A DNA stretch of 63,497 nucleotides, the filler included, from Dirinaria sp. TL-2023a (taxonomy: Eukaryota): the NCBI GenBank assembly GCA_051941275.1. It is 9 parts of 9 records of this genome, joined end to end, with 100 filler letters (N's around TTAATTAATTAA, not from the genome) between each part and the next. Parts side by side here need not be neighbours in the genome. Positions count along the whole stretch, not along the records: positions 1 to 7,017 come from JAVEBF010001379.1; positions 7,118 to 14,119 come from JAVEBF010001380.1; 7 more parts are not named here. One strand, given 5' to 3'. Below are positions 1-11,895 of this stretch, piece after piece. The notes beneath the pieces were generated by a model that was not told where the DNA came from, ran no database searches, and saw nothing but the letters and a program-made list of their open reading frames with translations. A program made the position numbers and the translations under genes. Position 1 is the first letter of the stretch, and every line of letters begins with the position of its first letter.

Positions 1-65
1 GGGTTGGGATGCGGACAAAAGCCGGGGGAGGAGCATGATAATGTGGATGGATGGTTTTGGCTTAC

Positions 66-2650
66 CAGGAAGCGATCATGAAGACGCGGAGCCGGCGCTG
101 CGGGAGCCCGAAGTCGGCGCAGTTCATCAGGCGCCAGCGGATGCTGAAGCCGAGGGTGACGAAGATCTGGACGACGGCGTTGAAGTAGAGCTCGTGCCCG
201 CTGATCAGGCCCGAGGTTTGCTCCAGGGTGACGACTCTCGGCTTCGCCTTTTTCAGCAGCTCCGCGATGGCGAAGAGCGAGGCCGTGTTCATTTCGTCGT
301 CCTTGCCCATGACGGTGTGCGCTGGTGAGAAAAATTGGCACGGCGGTGATAGGTGGCAGATATCGACTTTGAAGCACTCCGTCAGAGAGGGGATCTCGTG
401 CGCCCATTTGTTGTGGACTTCTGCTTCGGGGAAGTTCATTGCGTAGGTCTCGCATGCATGTTGGTTGAAGTCGAACCCCCATCTCACATCCAGGCCTGCT
501 TTCGACGCTCCTCGCGCCATGCCGCCGCCTCCACAGAAACAATCCCCGAAGGTGTATCGTTGCAGCTTGACGCGGCGCTGGCATTTGGAAGTCGTGAGTG
601 AATTAGGTGATGATGATTGCGACGCACTGGAACCATCATGAACTAGAGTGGGCGCCGGGGTTGTGGCGTTGCAGGAGCCATGATCTATTGATGATTGTGG
701 TTCTCTTAGAAGATTGGTATGTGGATTGGAGGTACGACTAGCACGCTGTTCAAGATCTTCAACGAGCGGCGGTGAAAGCGATTCGCGAAGAGTACTCTCA
801 CGAGCAGCTGGGCTAATAGAGCGACTCGGATTCTCATCTGCTCGTCTTGTAACACTCGTCTCTGTGGTATGTGATTGATCGTTCCTTAATCTGCGCAGGG
901 GCCGGCCTGAGTTGCGCAGCACTGACTCGTTTGCATTTTGCTCGGTTTGCGAACCATGCAAAGTAAAGGTCGACGTGATGCGGCTTTCGTATCTCCGTTC
1001 TAGTGTACCTGCATTTGTGGTGTTCTTGATTCTGAGATCGATTTCCATGATTTCAGGCGAAGACGAGCGTGTTTCATGGTGAGAGAGTAAGTTAAGGATA
1101 CTCTGGTGAAGTGTATCTGACAAAGCAAGGTCGGAGGTGGCCACGTTCGTAGTCGATTCGACGCCAGATTGCAGCGTCTTTGAGCTGCTCGACTTTGTTC
1201 GGGCCGTGGTATAGGAACTTTGTCGCTTCCTCTTGCGGCAAGGCGCCGGAGAAGGAGGTAAAATTTCTACAACATCTTCAGACCCCCCTTGACTGGGCGT
1301 ACGCATCTTATTCATGTCTGATATAAGGGATGGAACGCCCCCGTACTGTTGTCGTGTCTCGGTGGGAAAACTTATATCAGCACCGCCCTTTTCAGTATCA
1401 CCTCGCCATTCGTATCTTAGGACATCGTCGTCTTCGGCCAATGAAGGTTCACATTCTCTGGCTCGCAGCCGATGCACGGCCTTTTCACACCAAATATACC
1501 GTTCTCTGGACTGAGCATTCACATACAGGCAGACGTACTTGAACCGACAGACCAGTACACGTTCCTGTATAATTGTACGTTCGTCATCTTGACAGTCGTC
1601 CTCTCGAAAGCTATATGCTGGGAATGGCTTGTTCGTCATCCGTATCTTTCGTCTGCCCTTGACACTATCCACGGGGACTGTGACCATGGCTTGAATGGTT
1701 GGATCCCTTGGATCATCCTCATCGATGTGCATAATCCAGCAAAGTTCGTTCACCTTCCTCTCCAATAAGCCGTTCATTTGCCGTGTTCTCCGGAAAATCC
1801 AGCCCCTGAGCGAGACTTTGAGCGTCGTAGTATCTTGCAGAATGTCCACAATGCGCATAAAATCCCCGTCATTAAGTTCCACGTTTGCCTTGGAATTGAA
1901 TTTGATATCGTTGAAAGTGAAGCTGTCCACTTTCTTTATTGGAAAGGCAATAGGTAAGTTGCGTTGAAGAGTGGGAACGTTTTGGGATGACCAAGGTGTG
2001 CAGTGATTGCCTGAAATACTTTGGGGCTGACACGGCTCTATTCTTCCATGATCTTCCCCACAGATGGCTAATTCGGTGCCAGATATCTGGTTTTCACGAT
2101 GATTTGAGTTTGACGCCTTTTCTTGGTTATTCACTGTGAGGTCTATAGGTGATAGAGGCGAGGCTAGACGAAGTGTATTATCCGCTTTACATTGGTGCTT
2201 AGTTCCTGGGTGAGAGTCTGTTGTATCGTGATCGACATTCGAGGAAGCAGCATGTAGAGAATCAGATGTTGCAAGGCTCTCGGGCTCCGCTTTCGTCATG
2301 AGGTTTTTGCCTTTCTGCAACGGTCCATTGGTATCTTGCGAAGCAGGATTCGTAGAGAAAGGATTCGGGATATCGAAGGCCGGAAGTGAACGACCAGCGA
2401 AAGGCCCAGAGATCGTAAGGTCTGTGCGGTCCCTCTTATATTCCACATGGTAGGCTTGTGGGGTCTCAGAAGCCGTAGAAGTATTGGTGCCTGGGCCCGA
2501 ACCCTCTTGATGACGCGTATCTGATTGGAATGGAGATTTCTTTATAGAAGTTGCGTTTGTACGTGCTAGTCCAGCATCTGAAGGCTGATATATGGGTGAT
2601 CCAACAGCGAGTTGGGTGGAATTACATTGCTTGGCAGGCACCAGTGGCAC
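66..2650 (-). CDS. rid: RID/Masc1/DmtA-family C5 cytosine DNA methyltransferase-like protein with N-terminal BAH-like region; 3' end truncated by the contig edge, 5' start uncertain
   Basis: Motif I DCFCGGGG, motif IV LSPPCQ, motif VI LEQTSG (EQT instead of ENV, typical of Masc1/RID), motif VIII GLPQRRLR. N-terminal VELNDGDFMRI..LRGWIFRR..NELCW block. The exon ends TCC TG|GTAAG (donor at 65), so downstream exons are outside the window. The ORF begins at GTG, so an upstream exon is likely. Confidence 0.88.
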
Positions 2651-4415
2651 ATTGTCTGTGAGCTATCAGTCCCATTCACAGGCTAGTTCAGGGTAAGGAA
2701 GCTCCACTCTTAGTATTAGCTGAATTTTGGTCACCTTTGGTGGGTGACTGCTCCAGCTTTTCTCCATCTTCATCGAAATCATCTAGTATCACGACTTCTC
2801 GTCCCATGCTGCCTAATGCCTTGTTCAGAGGGACAGACCTTCAGCACGCATTCTTTACATCGAGAAAAGGTCTTATTAAAGTTTAGTACCAGCGGTAAGA
2901 TCAGTACCAGAGTTCAGGAATTCAGGAGCACAGTAAAAGCTGTAATGTTTGGGCTGAAGAAAATCTATAACAGCCAACAGCATAGGTGGAAGGATTGTAG
3001 TATATGGCGCTGGAATGATTGAGTTTTGAGAAAGCAGGAGCTTTATACATGTTTGCATTTACGGTTCGCTTTGTGCTTCAAAGAGATTCCTAGTGGTGCA
3101 AATTGGTCATTGTTAGACAAGGAGAGACATTTACATCCACAATGCACCAGTACTGAGAAGGCTTTTCACATCAAAATCACCGCTAGTCAGTTAGTCTTCA
3201 TCCACTCTCTGAGTATGACAGCAAGGGACCAAACCGGGCCCTTGAGCTTACAATCGATTTAGAAGATAATGGTAGGAATGATGAACTGATCTAAGAGCCC
3301 AGATTGGTTCTTTAGCAAAGAATAAATCCAAAATAAACTAGAAAAAGTGACAGATATTAAGAAGACAGTGGACAGAGTTGACGGCCATACACTTCCCTAT
3401 CACAGGCGATCAGAAATCCACTTATCGAGCGGTAAATCGGATCCATACAGGACCTCAGCAGGAGCTATGCGCTCTAAGAATTAGCGCCTTGAAGAAGATG
3501 GAGCTGCTCCTATGGAGTCCAGTGGCCATATACACGTCTTGGAGGCCTCTATGGAGCAGAATTATTCGGCGTGCGATGACCATTGCAATCCATGATCCTC
3601 ACAAGGGCACTTTGTACAGATTCTCTGACCATGAGACATAGATGACTTCCGAGCAGAGGCTCGGTCCTGGGACTGGAGTGCTTTGCGCACAGCAGATAAT
3701 GCAGGGAATAATGAACAATTGCTGGAAGAAATGGGAGAAGCAGGCGGGGCTGGGTCGAGAGCGAGAGAGCGAGGAGAGATGGCTGACCTTGGCGCCAAGA
3801 GCTTCCAGTCTGGGACAATAAGGTAATTCCTTTCCACTACGAGTATTCATACCTTAGGTAAGGTAGTTCTCTGCCCACCGCCAACCTACAAGTCATCCAT
3901 TCCCCGCTTTTTCTACTTCACTCATATTCTCAAGTCGGCGAATGCGGCGGCTCCAGAAGTACTAACTCACGGCTTTGCATGGCTCTTTCCCTCTGGATGC
4001 ATCCTCATTGCTTTGTTTCCCACATATGTGAGGGGTTGTGATATACGTGCGAGGTTCGGAATTGGCATTTCCGTCCAGTCATGAGCGAGCAGTGCTAGCT
4101 GTCCAAGTTCTGCATAATCAAATAAATATGCCGTAATCTTCATATAATCTGCATGGTGAACAGTCGCAAAGGGTGTCATCCAACATGGTAGGGCCAATTA
4201 CTTGCAGATAGCGGTGTTGATCAAGCTCCTGAATCAAGCAGGTACGTCTCCCAAGTTTGAAGTGGAGAGGGTGAGGTGATGCAAGGACGGATCTCGACAC
4301 CCTACCCTCACTGTGAGCGTGTCATGCGTATGTAGCCATAGGTAAAACCATTTCCACGGAGAAGAATCTAGGGAGCCCTGAAAGACAGCCTGCACCTGCG
4401 GTGTTCCCATGATAC

Positions 4416-4425
4416 ATCACGTGAC
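4416..4425 (+). promoter_or_regulatory. E-box ATCACGTGAC (bHLH, Cbf1/SREBP-type site) upstream of ADE4
   Basis: Exact RTCACGTG match just before the CT-rich putative transcription start region of ADE4. Function is inferred only. Confidence 0.3.
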
Positions 4426-4985
4426 TTGACCGATGTTTGATTTTCCTCTCTCTCGGTGAAAGTCCGGCCCGCATCCCCCACTAGCTTCTCCACCGGCTCA
4501 TTCTCACCTTTTTTTTCTCTCCCACTTCCCGTGTCAGAGGAGAAACTCACAAGATGGCTGCCTTTTTCATTCCAACCCCGACTCCTTCGCCTCTCCCTCC
4601 TTGCATTTTTATGCATCGGTTCAAAGGTCGGCAATTATGGCCACATACTCCTCCCTTCCGTGAACAACCGAAAGGGAACCTCCAAGCTCCGAGATCGCTT
4701 TCCACACAAGCAATTTGCCATTGTATCAGCTGAGAGATACATGCTGAATTCGTCTTTACTTCCCCACTCGTGAGTAGTTAGTTATATTATCCCTTTGGCC
4801 CCTTGTACTTTGTCTTCTTGTGATGAACCTCCACTGTAGATGGTCTACTGCTGAGATATTTCTGCGGACACCAAGAGGCTGTTTCTGAATCGATCGCACA
4901 TTTTTTTTCTACCGATTCGAGTGCTGGGTGGTACATCTGCTTGAGGGTTCTGTCAGTCTAACATTCCGGAGACCAACAGTACAGA

Positions 4986-6837
4986 ATGTGCGGTATCATT
5001 GGCGTCATCCACGCCCAGCCCTCCGAAACATCCGCTGCGCGTGAGCTCCATGAAGCTCTGTACCTCCTCCAGCACCGTGGACAAGACGCATGTGGCATTG
5101 CCACCTGTGGGCCTCGTGGGAAGATATACCAGTGCAAAGGCAACGGCTTGGCCTCAAAAGTATTTAGGGACGACGGCGGGCGTGTGGCCGATCTTCCAGG
5201 ATGGATGGGCATTGGTCATCTCAGATACCCTACTGCAGGCAGTAGTGCGAACGCAGAAGCCCAGCCATTCTACGTCAATAGCCCGTACGGAATATGTTTT
5301 TCGGTCAACGGGATGCTGATAAACGCACGAAAGCTGAGGGACTTCTTGGATTACGAGGCCCACCGCCATATCAATACCGAGAGCGACAGCGAGCTCATGT
5401 TGAACATTTTCGCAAACGAGCTGAATGAGACTGGCAAAGCACGGGTCAACGATAAGGATATCTTCGCAGCGCTCACGAAGATGTACGACCGCTGCGAGGG
5501 TGGCTGGGCTTGTACTGCAATGCTGGCAGGTCGGTTGAAGATCGGAGTTTTCATGGATATCGTCTGACTCTCGCACAGGATTTGGTCTCATCGGCTTTCG
5601 CGACTCATACGGCATCCGTCCCCTAGTACTAGGCTCGCGGCCTGCGGAGAATGGCGCTGGTATGGATTACATGATGGCCTCCGAGAGCGTCGCGCTCAAG
5701 TTCCTTGGTTATACGTCGATAGTCGACATCCTCCCTGGCCAAGGGGTCATAATCCAGAGGGGCGCCAAGCCGGTGTTTTACCAGATCCAACGTCAAATAT
5801 TGTACGCCCCGGATATCTTCGAATACGTGTATTTCGCTCGCCCAGACTCCATAATCGACTCCATCAGTGTTGCTCGTTCCAGAGAGAACATGGGCGTCAA
5901 GTTAGCCAATAAGATCCGCTCGAGCCTGACTCCCTCGGAGCTGGCCTCCATTGATGTGGTAATTCCCATCCCGGAAACCGCAACCACTTCTGCGCAGCGC
6001 GTATCCAAAACCCTCAAGAAGCCGTGGGCGCAAGGGTTCGTGAAGAACCGCTACGTCTTCCGCACCTTCATCATGCCCGGCCAGCGCGCCCGGGAGAAAG
6101 GTGTCCGGCGGAAACTCAACGCCATGGAAGAGCAGTTCGCCGGCAAGACGGTGCTGCTGGTCGACGACAGCATCGTCCGGGGCACGACCTCGCGGGAGAT
6201 TGTGCTCATGGCCCGAGAAGCGGGTGCCAAAGCGGTTTACATGGCTTCCTGCGCGCCACCCATCACCAACGCCCACATCTACGGCATCGACCTCGCCTCG
6301 TCGTCCGAACTCATCGCACACCACCGCGACGCGGACGCCATCGCGAGCATGATCGGCGCGGAGAAAGTCATCTACCAAGACCTAGACGACCTGAAAGCCG
6401 CGTGCGCAGAGGCGGTCATCCCCGGCGCCGCACCGCGGCCCAACCAAGAATTCGAAGTCGGCGTCTTCTGCGGCAAATACGTCACGCCCGTCGACGAGGA
6501 CTACCTCGTGCATCTGGAGCAGGTGCGGGGCGAATCGAGGAAGCTGAAGGTGGTCGAGAGCGCGAGGGAGGCGGTCGCGAACGGGTCCGCGGGGCAGGAG
6601 GAATTCAACATCGCGACCAAGGGCGCGCAGGTCAATCGCGAAGGGAAAGTCGTCGCTGCCACGAGCCCGAGCAGGAGCAGAAGGGATCGGGCGCCCGTCA
6701 ATGGGGTTGCGGAGGTGGTGCTGGGGGGCATCATCGGTGGGGATCGGAACGGCCGCATGGCTGCTGGGTCCGAGGGGGAGGAGAAAGAGCCCAAGGATAG
6801 GCAGGATGTAAGCCTGCATAACCTGAATGATGATTGA
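4986..6837 (+). CDS. ADE4: Amidophosphoribosyltransferase, join(4986..5529,5579..6837)
   Basis: N-terminal MCGI nucleophile Cys, [22 protein letters not shown] 49-bp GT..CTGAC..CAG intron restores [17 protein letters not shown]. Also [15 protein letters not shown] motif [14 protein letters not shown] and YGID. Confidence 0.97.
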
Positions 6838-7017
6838 GCACTTGCAGCAGCTTTTCGATTCTTTCCAACTCGGAAAAGACTAGCTACATGTATCCAGCGC
6901 AGATGCACAAAAGAAATGATTGCTGTAATCTTGACGATAAGTTAAATCCCCCCTTCCCCTTTCCCCATGGGCGCTGGGTCCCATAAATTCCCTCTCTCAC
7001 TGCGCTCTACCTTAAGA

Positions 7018-7117
7018 NNNNNNNNNNNNNNNNNNNNNNNNNNNNNNNNNNNNNNNNNNNNTTAATTAATTAANNNNNNNNNNNNNNNNNNNNNNNNNNN
7101 NNNNNNNNNNNNNNNNN
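7018..7117. other. Artificial contig linker N44-TTAATTAATTAA-N44
   Basis: The identical 100-bp spacer with stops in all six frames occurs 8 times. Confidence 0.98.
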
Positions 7118-7219
7118 TTTCAAAGCGGGGTATAGCGCCGCATGTACTCACCGCATTTGCAAAAAAAGACACATTTGCAAAAAAACGGCAATTACCCCAG
7201 AGCTTGAAGATAAGATACA

Positions 7220-8488
7220 ATGGTGGACTCGAATTTCACGAAAAAGCTTCCCAAGGTCGAGGTTCGTTTACTGCGCTCTGAGGAAAAGTTCTGTAGAGAT
7301 ATGTCTCATTGCTGACGCGGGGGATTGGTAGCTTCATGCGCATCTTACTGGGAGTATTTCGAGGCAGTGTTTACATGAGGTGTGGAGGCAGAAGAAGCTT
7401 GAGGATCCAGGTCTGATGCTGCAGGATCCGTTGGAGGTTATGCCGCGTGGTAAAATGTGGGATGTTGGGAGGTGAGTGTTTTACGTTTATTTGGTGACGG
7501 GATATTTTGGATAATTCATCAATGCTATGTGTGGTTGGTGGTGGTTGCTAGGTGGTAGGAGGCTTGGATGTGCCAGCTGATCGCTTCTTCGCAGCTTTTT
7601 TCCGCTGTTTTCGACTTACATCTATGCGCTTTGCTCAACCCCCGCCAGCCTTATCTATTGTACAAAGTCGGTTTTGCGGGATTTTGAAGAGGACGGAGTG
7701 AAATATCTTGAGCTGCGCACCACGCCGCGTGCGATGGGTGAACTCGACAAAGAATCCTATGTTACCACAGTCCTCTCCTGCATTAAGGATTATGACCGTG
7801 ATCGACTTAGCACCTTCCTCATTCTATCCATAGACAGACGAAACACACCCGAAGAGGCGATGGAAGTGGTGGATCTGGCAATCAAGTACCGCTCGCACGG
7901 CGTTGTGGGCATTGATTTATGCGGCGACCCGAGTAAAGGCGATATAAAAATCTTTCTTGCTGCGTTTACCAAGGCCAAACTCAACAAACTCAAGATAACA
8001 TTGCATTTCGCGGAGGTTCCTGCATCTTCGACTGTCGAAGAGCTTGAGACTCTATTGTCCTTCGAGCCAGATCGGCTCGGCCACGTGATTCACGTTCCTG
8101 AACATGTCCGAGAAGAGATCATAGAGAGAAAGCTTGGCCTAGAATTATGTATATCCTGCAATGTACAGGCGAAGCTCATAGAAGGTGGCATTGCGGACCA
8201 TCATTTCGGCTACTGGAAAAACACAGATTGTCCGGTTGCACTATCCGTGCGTACCAAGAACCTTCTTGGAGGAAGTAGCTGCTGAATGGTCAACAGACCG
8301 ATGACTTGGGCATCTTCTGCAGCAATCTGTCCAACGAGTACCTCCTCGTTGCGCAAGCTTTTGGTCTCAGCCAAGGCGATTCGTTAGCGCTATGTGATCG
8401 AGCTATCGACGCAATCTTTGGCGATGAGAAGGAGAAGGCGAGACTGAGACACGCGATATCGGAGATGAGGGTTGAATACGGTCTGTGA
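7220..8488 (+). CDS. ADAL: Adenosine deaminase-like protein (ADAL / N6-methyl-AMP deaminase family), join(7220..7261,7332..7471,7595..8246,8297..8488), ~341 aa
   Basis: The spliced product gives LPKVELHAHLTGS, FFPLFS, DGVKYLELRTTPR, GIDLCGDP, LHFAE, RLGH, ELCISCN and TDDLGIF. Three canonical introns keep the frame. Confidence 0.9.
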
Positions 8489-8538
8489 GCCTCAAGAATC
8501 ACCGCTTCGAGAACAAGGGGAAATTCTTGTCTGCTAGT

Positions 8539-9459
8539 CTATCTTCGGCGGACACCGCTATCGCTGAAAGCTTCATTAGAAGGTTTTCTAGCGGTTACGG
8601 TCACGTATCTCCAAAGTCCCTTCCTGAGAACACGGTAACCCTCCACGGCGGCCATAGTGTTTATGAACCACGTTTGGAGCCCTAGAAGGCAAATGAAAAT
8701 ATAGGGTATGTAAGCCACGAGAAAGAATAGCCTCGCCATTGGTCTCACATTCTCCGTCAAATCCGCTACAGCAACATCGCGAAACCCCTGCTTTTCGAGC
8801 ATTCGCTGGAGAGTTCCTTGCGAGAACATCACGTTCGCCGGCATCGCGGCTTGTCGATTGACTAGCTCCATTTTACTGAGAAGCTGATTTGAGATACTAT
8901 CTCGGGAAGCGGAACCGAAGTCTGGATGGTCGTATTCGTAAAGGACGATGGAGCCGCCTGGCTTCAGTACACGGAAGAACTCAGCCAGGGCCTGTTCAGG
9001 ATCTGTTGCGTGCACAAAAGTTTCCATGGTATAGATACCGTCGAAAGATCCGTCGTCAAGGCCGTCCAAGTGATGGTAATCCATTAGACTAACGCTAACA
9101 GCGCCTTCAAGTCCGTATGCCTGGATTTCTTGCTTGGCCCAGCGGATATGATTTTCCGTGACGTCGATTCCGAACACGCGCAGACCTTTGCGCGCCAAAT
9201 GCAGAGCAACGTGACCAACACCGCATCCGGCGTCCAACACGGTAGCACCAGAAGGCAGCTCCAGTGAATCGTAGAGATGATCTTCCATCCTCCTCAGAGC
9301 TGCGTTTATGGGAAAAGGCCATCGAGTACCGGGCGCGTAATACCCGAAATGTCTCGTGCCGCCGAGGAATAATCGGTAGCCAACCCTGGACTCAATAGCG
9401 CTATAATATCTCTGTAAAGCAGCGTTTTGATTGATCATTGGCTCCTTTGCCGTATCCAT
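8539..9459 (-). CDS. Class I SAM-dependent methyltransferase (Methyltransf_11, sterol-MT-like), 306 aa, intronless
   Basis: Motif I VLDAGCGVG, SFDGIYTMETFVH, EFFRVLKPGG, N-terminal HFGYY and a hydrophobic C-terminal segment. Confidence 0.9.
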   Translation of the reverse strand: MDTAKEPMINQNAALQRYYSAIESRVGYRLFLGGTRHFGYYAPGTRWPFPINAALRRMEDHLYDSLELPSGATVLDAGCGVGHVALHLARKGLRVFGIDVTENHIRWAKQEIQAYGLEGAVSVSLMDYHHLDGLDDGSFDGIYTMETFVHATDPEQALAEFFRVLKPGGSIVLYEYDHPDFGSASRDSISNQLLSKMELVNRQAAMPANVMFSQGTLQRMLEKQGFRDVAVADLTENVRPMARLFFLVAYIPYIFICLLGLQTWFINTMAAVEGYRVLRKGLWRYVTVTARKPSNEAFSDSGVRRR

Positions 9460-10302
9460 GTTCCGTGATTCAAAGGTACACTTGTTCTGGAGCTGTTTCT
9501 CCCTGGATCGTCGAATTGTTCGCCTGAGGCAATAGAGAGCGGTGGGTAGTGTCGGCTACTTGTGAGGTGTCAGCGAGATGGTCCAATCTTCATACTGTGC
9601 GAACGTAATAGTTTTTACCTGTGCAAGCTAGACCGGAGGATTGAAAGAGGTACGTGGCACTGAGAACCAATGTACTGTACGTGGTTTGACTTGTGCGATT
9701 TGATTTGGCTCTCGAAAAAGCTGCTGTTCCTACAGTTCTAGCCGCCCATTTCGGCCCGCCGGCCCCCGGGGCACGACGGAAGTTCGGGGAAATGATCCCG
9801 CGCTATCGGCGGGAGAGGTCCGATATTATGCCGGCGTACCTAGGTACGAGTAGGTACCTTACTCGTACTCGTTCCTACCGTACCTTCTACAGTACCTTAC
9901 AGTATGACACCTTATTTAGGCCAAGCAGGTGCTCCATCAAGCCCATATACGTGCGCAAAATATGCCTTTCAGCAGCGGCTTCGCTAGAATATTTCGCGAG
10001 AAATTTCCAACGAGCTGTAACCCTTTGGCAATAACTCTCTTAGCGATATCTAGCGACAGCGAACCATGAGTCACACAACCTTTAGAGGGCTGTCATGAAC
10101 CGCAGATCCCGGTATGAAACATGCAGGGGCTGCGTGTGTGAGAAGGAACGGTTGAGTGCGAGGCAGGCGGCAAAGACATGAGGCTGAAGCCCCAAAAAGT
10201 GCCGAAGCTGAGAGACAATTGTCTTAGTTTTATGTTTTGATCCCCACTTTTCTTTGACTGCTTCCTCGGTAGGCTCCTCTTTCGTACTAAGTTTCCTGAT
10301 CA

Positions 10303-11895
10303 ATGTCTTCCTTACTGTATCATTCCATTTTGATGAACATGATAAAACTCGCCTTCGTATACACCCTTCTTCTGGTTTCGGTACGAGGCACCGCGCCGCC
10401 CGATCCTACCTTGGCCGTTCAAAGAGGTAACAGCACCCGACATCCGGATGTAAAGCAAGGATGGACCTCACAGCCGGACGGAAGGGGGACTTTGGATATC
10501 CTCTGGAACTGTAGTCTCACTATGTTCTTGTGCGCTTGGTCCATCCTCTGTCTAAACATACCAGCTGCAAAGGAAACAAAACTCCAGATCCTATGGCGTA
10601 AATTTGCCATTACCGCCCTGGGGTTTCTATGCCCTGAACTGATTTTTGAGATCGCACTTGGCCAGTGGTTATCGGCCCGTCAGTCTGTGAAAGACTTCAA
10701 CTCAGCTTCATTAGAACACACACCCACCGTAGGAAAGAGCAAGCTTGGTTCTGTTCAGGCCACCTTCTTGAAAGGTAGACGAAGAGGGAGCAGCCGTGCT
10801 CGTGATCAATGGACAATGGAACAGGCCTTTTTCGCCGACATGGGGGGCTTCATACTTCACACCAGGGATCAAGCCCAATTTTCTCTAGACGCTCAACAGC
10901 TCTACTACTTAGTCTCAAAAGGCTATCTAGATCGACCTACTTTCAATCACCGAGAGTTGGAGGAGAAGAACAAAGTTGACGCTCTCCTTCGGGCAATCAC
11001 CCTCTGCCAGATCTTATGGTTTTTTGTTAATACCATCGGCCGCTGGGCCCAACTTCTGGTCGTAACCACAGCAGAATTGACGACCATATCTTTCATTCTC
11101 TGCAGCTTTGGGACAGCCTTCTTGTGGTGGCACAAACCTGCCGATGCGGTAGCCGGAAAAATTATCTACAGCGACATCAGTATCAATGATATCCTACTAT
11201 CTGAAGGCCAACCTATCGATGCATGGAAGCGTACTCCTCTAGACTTTGTCAGCCGCAGAGAATGGTGGTGGTCCAGGTGTTGGTCGAACATGGTAAACAT
11301 CCTTAGTCATATGCATATTACCTTCGGTTCAGACGAGAAACCCATAGATCGCATTGCGGACTCGCTACAGAAAGAGCTGCCAGGCAAATGCTTGCTCCTG
11401 TGCATGGGACTTACGGTTGGTTACTTTTCGGTGCTTTTCGTAGGCTGGAACTACAGTTTCCCAACCAGAATCGAACAACTTCTTTGGCGCGGAGCTTGCG
11501 TGACCTTGATGGCATCTCTGCTCACCCTCGCCCTCGTTCCACCGCTGGTGCACTACTTCCCTGCATTGCAGCACAGGCCCCGCGCGGCCACAGCAGTAGA
11601 ATCTTCTCGCCACGCAAGTCTCGAAGACGGCTCATCATCGCGAATTGTGTTAAAAGGCAGGCATATTTACCAGCGGATAGACAGTGTACTTGATCACATC
11701 AGAAACAACTCCATCGCCAAGGATCCACTGCTTTACAATCCCTTGAGATTAATGATACCTATATACTTCATAGGGGCGATTTACTGTCTTGCTCGGATAT
11801 ACGTGCTTGTTGCCGATGTTATCGAATTAAGGTCGCTGCCTGCAAGCGCGTACTCAACTGTTGACTGGTTCAAATTTATTCCTCACTTGGCTTAG
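10303..11895 (+). CDS. Uncharacterised fungal multi-pass membrane protein (GW..PDGRGT.DILW.C family), ~530 aa, intronless
   Basis: Long ORF with a signal-like N-terminus and several hydrophobic helices. The blocks GWTSQPDGRGTLDILWNC, AFFADMGGF, WWHKP, WNYSFPTRIEQLLWR and LRSLPASAYSTVDW match a fungal hypothetical family I recognise. Confidence 0.8.
   Translation: MSSLLYHSILMNMIKLAFVYTLLLVSVRGTAPPDPTLAVQRGNSTRHPDVKQGWTSQPDGRGTLDILWNCSLTMFLCAWSILCLNIPAAKETKLQILWRKFAITALGFLCPELIFEIALGQWLSARQSVKDFNSASLEHTPTVGKSKLGSVQATFLKGRRRGSSRARDQWTMEQAFFADMGGFILHTRDQAQFSLDAQQLYYLVSKGYLDRPTFNHRELEEKNKVDALLRAITLCQILWFFVNTIGRWAQLLVVTTAELTTISFILCSFGTAFLWWHKPADAVAGKIIYSDISINDILLSEGQPIDAWKRTPLDFVSRREWWWSRCWSNMVNILSHMHITFGSDEKPIDRIADSLQKELPGKCLLLCMGLTVGYFSVLFVGWNYSFPTRIEQLLWRGACVTLMASLLTLALVPPLVHYFPALQHRPRAATAVESSRHASLEDGSSSRIVLKGRHIYQRIDSVLDHIRNNSIAKDPLLYNPLRLMIPIYFIGAIYCLARIYVLVADVIELRSLPASAYSTVDWFKFIPHLA

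Noticed and set aside
5293..5320. ADE4 has SVNGML where HNGNL is usual
   Set aside because: The oxyanion-hole Asn-Gly is retained, and I recall similar VNG variants in other filamentous fungi. There is no evidence of lost function.
5902..6908. Long overlapping and antisense ORFs over ADE4 (similarly over RTA1, GH71 and the TIM-barrel gene)
   Set aside because: Shadow ORFs caused by high GC3 codon bias, with no recognisable protein features.
4986..8488. ADE4 adjacent to an adenosine-deaminase-like gene, resembling a purine cluster
   Set aside because: The two are separated by a contig linker, so the adjacency is an artefact of concatenation.
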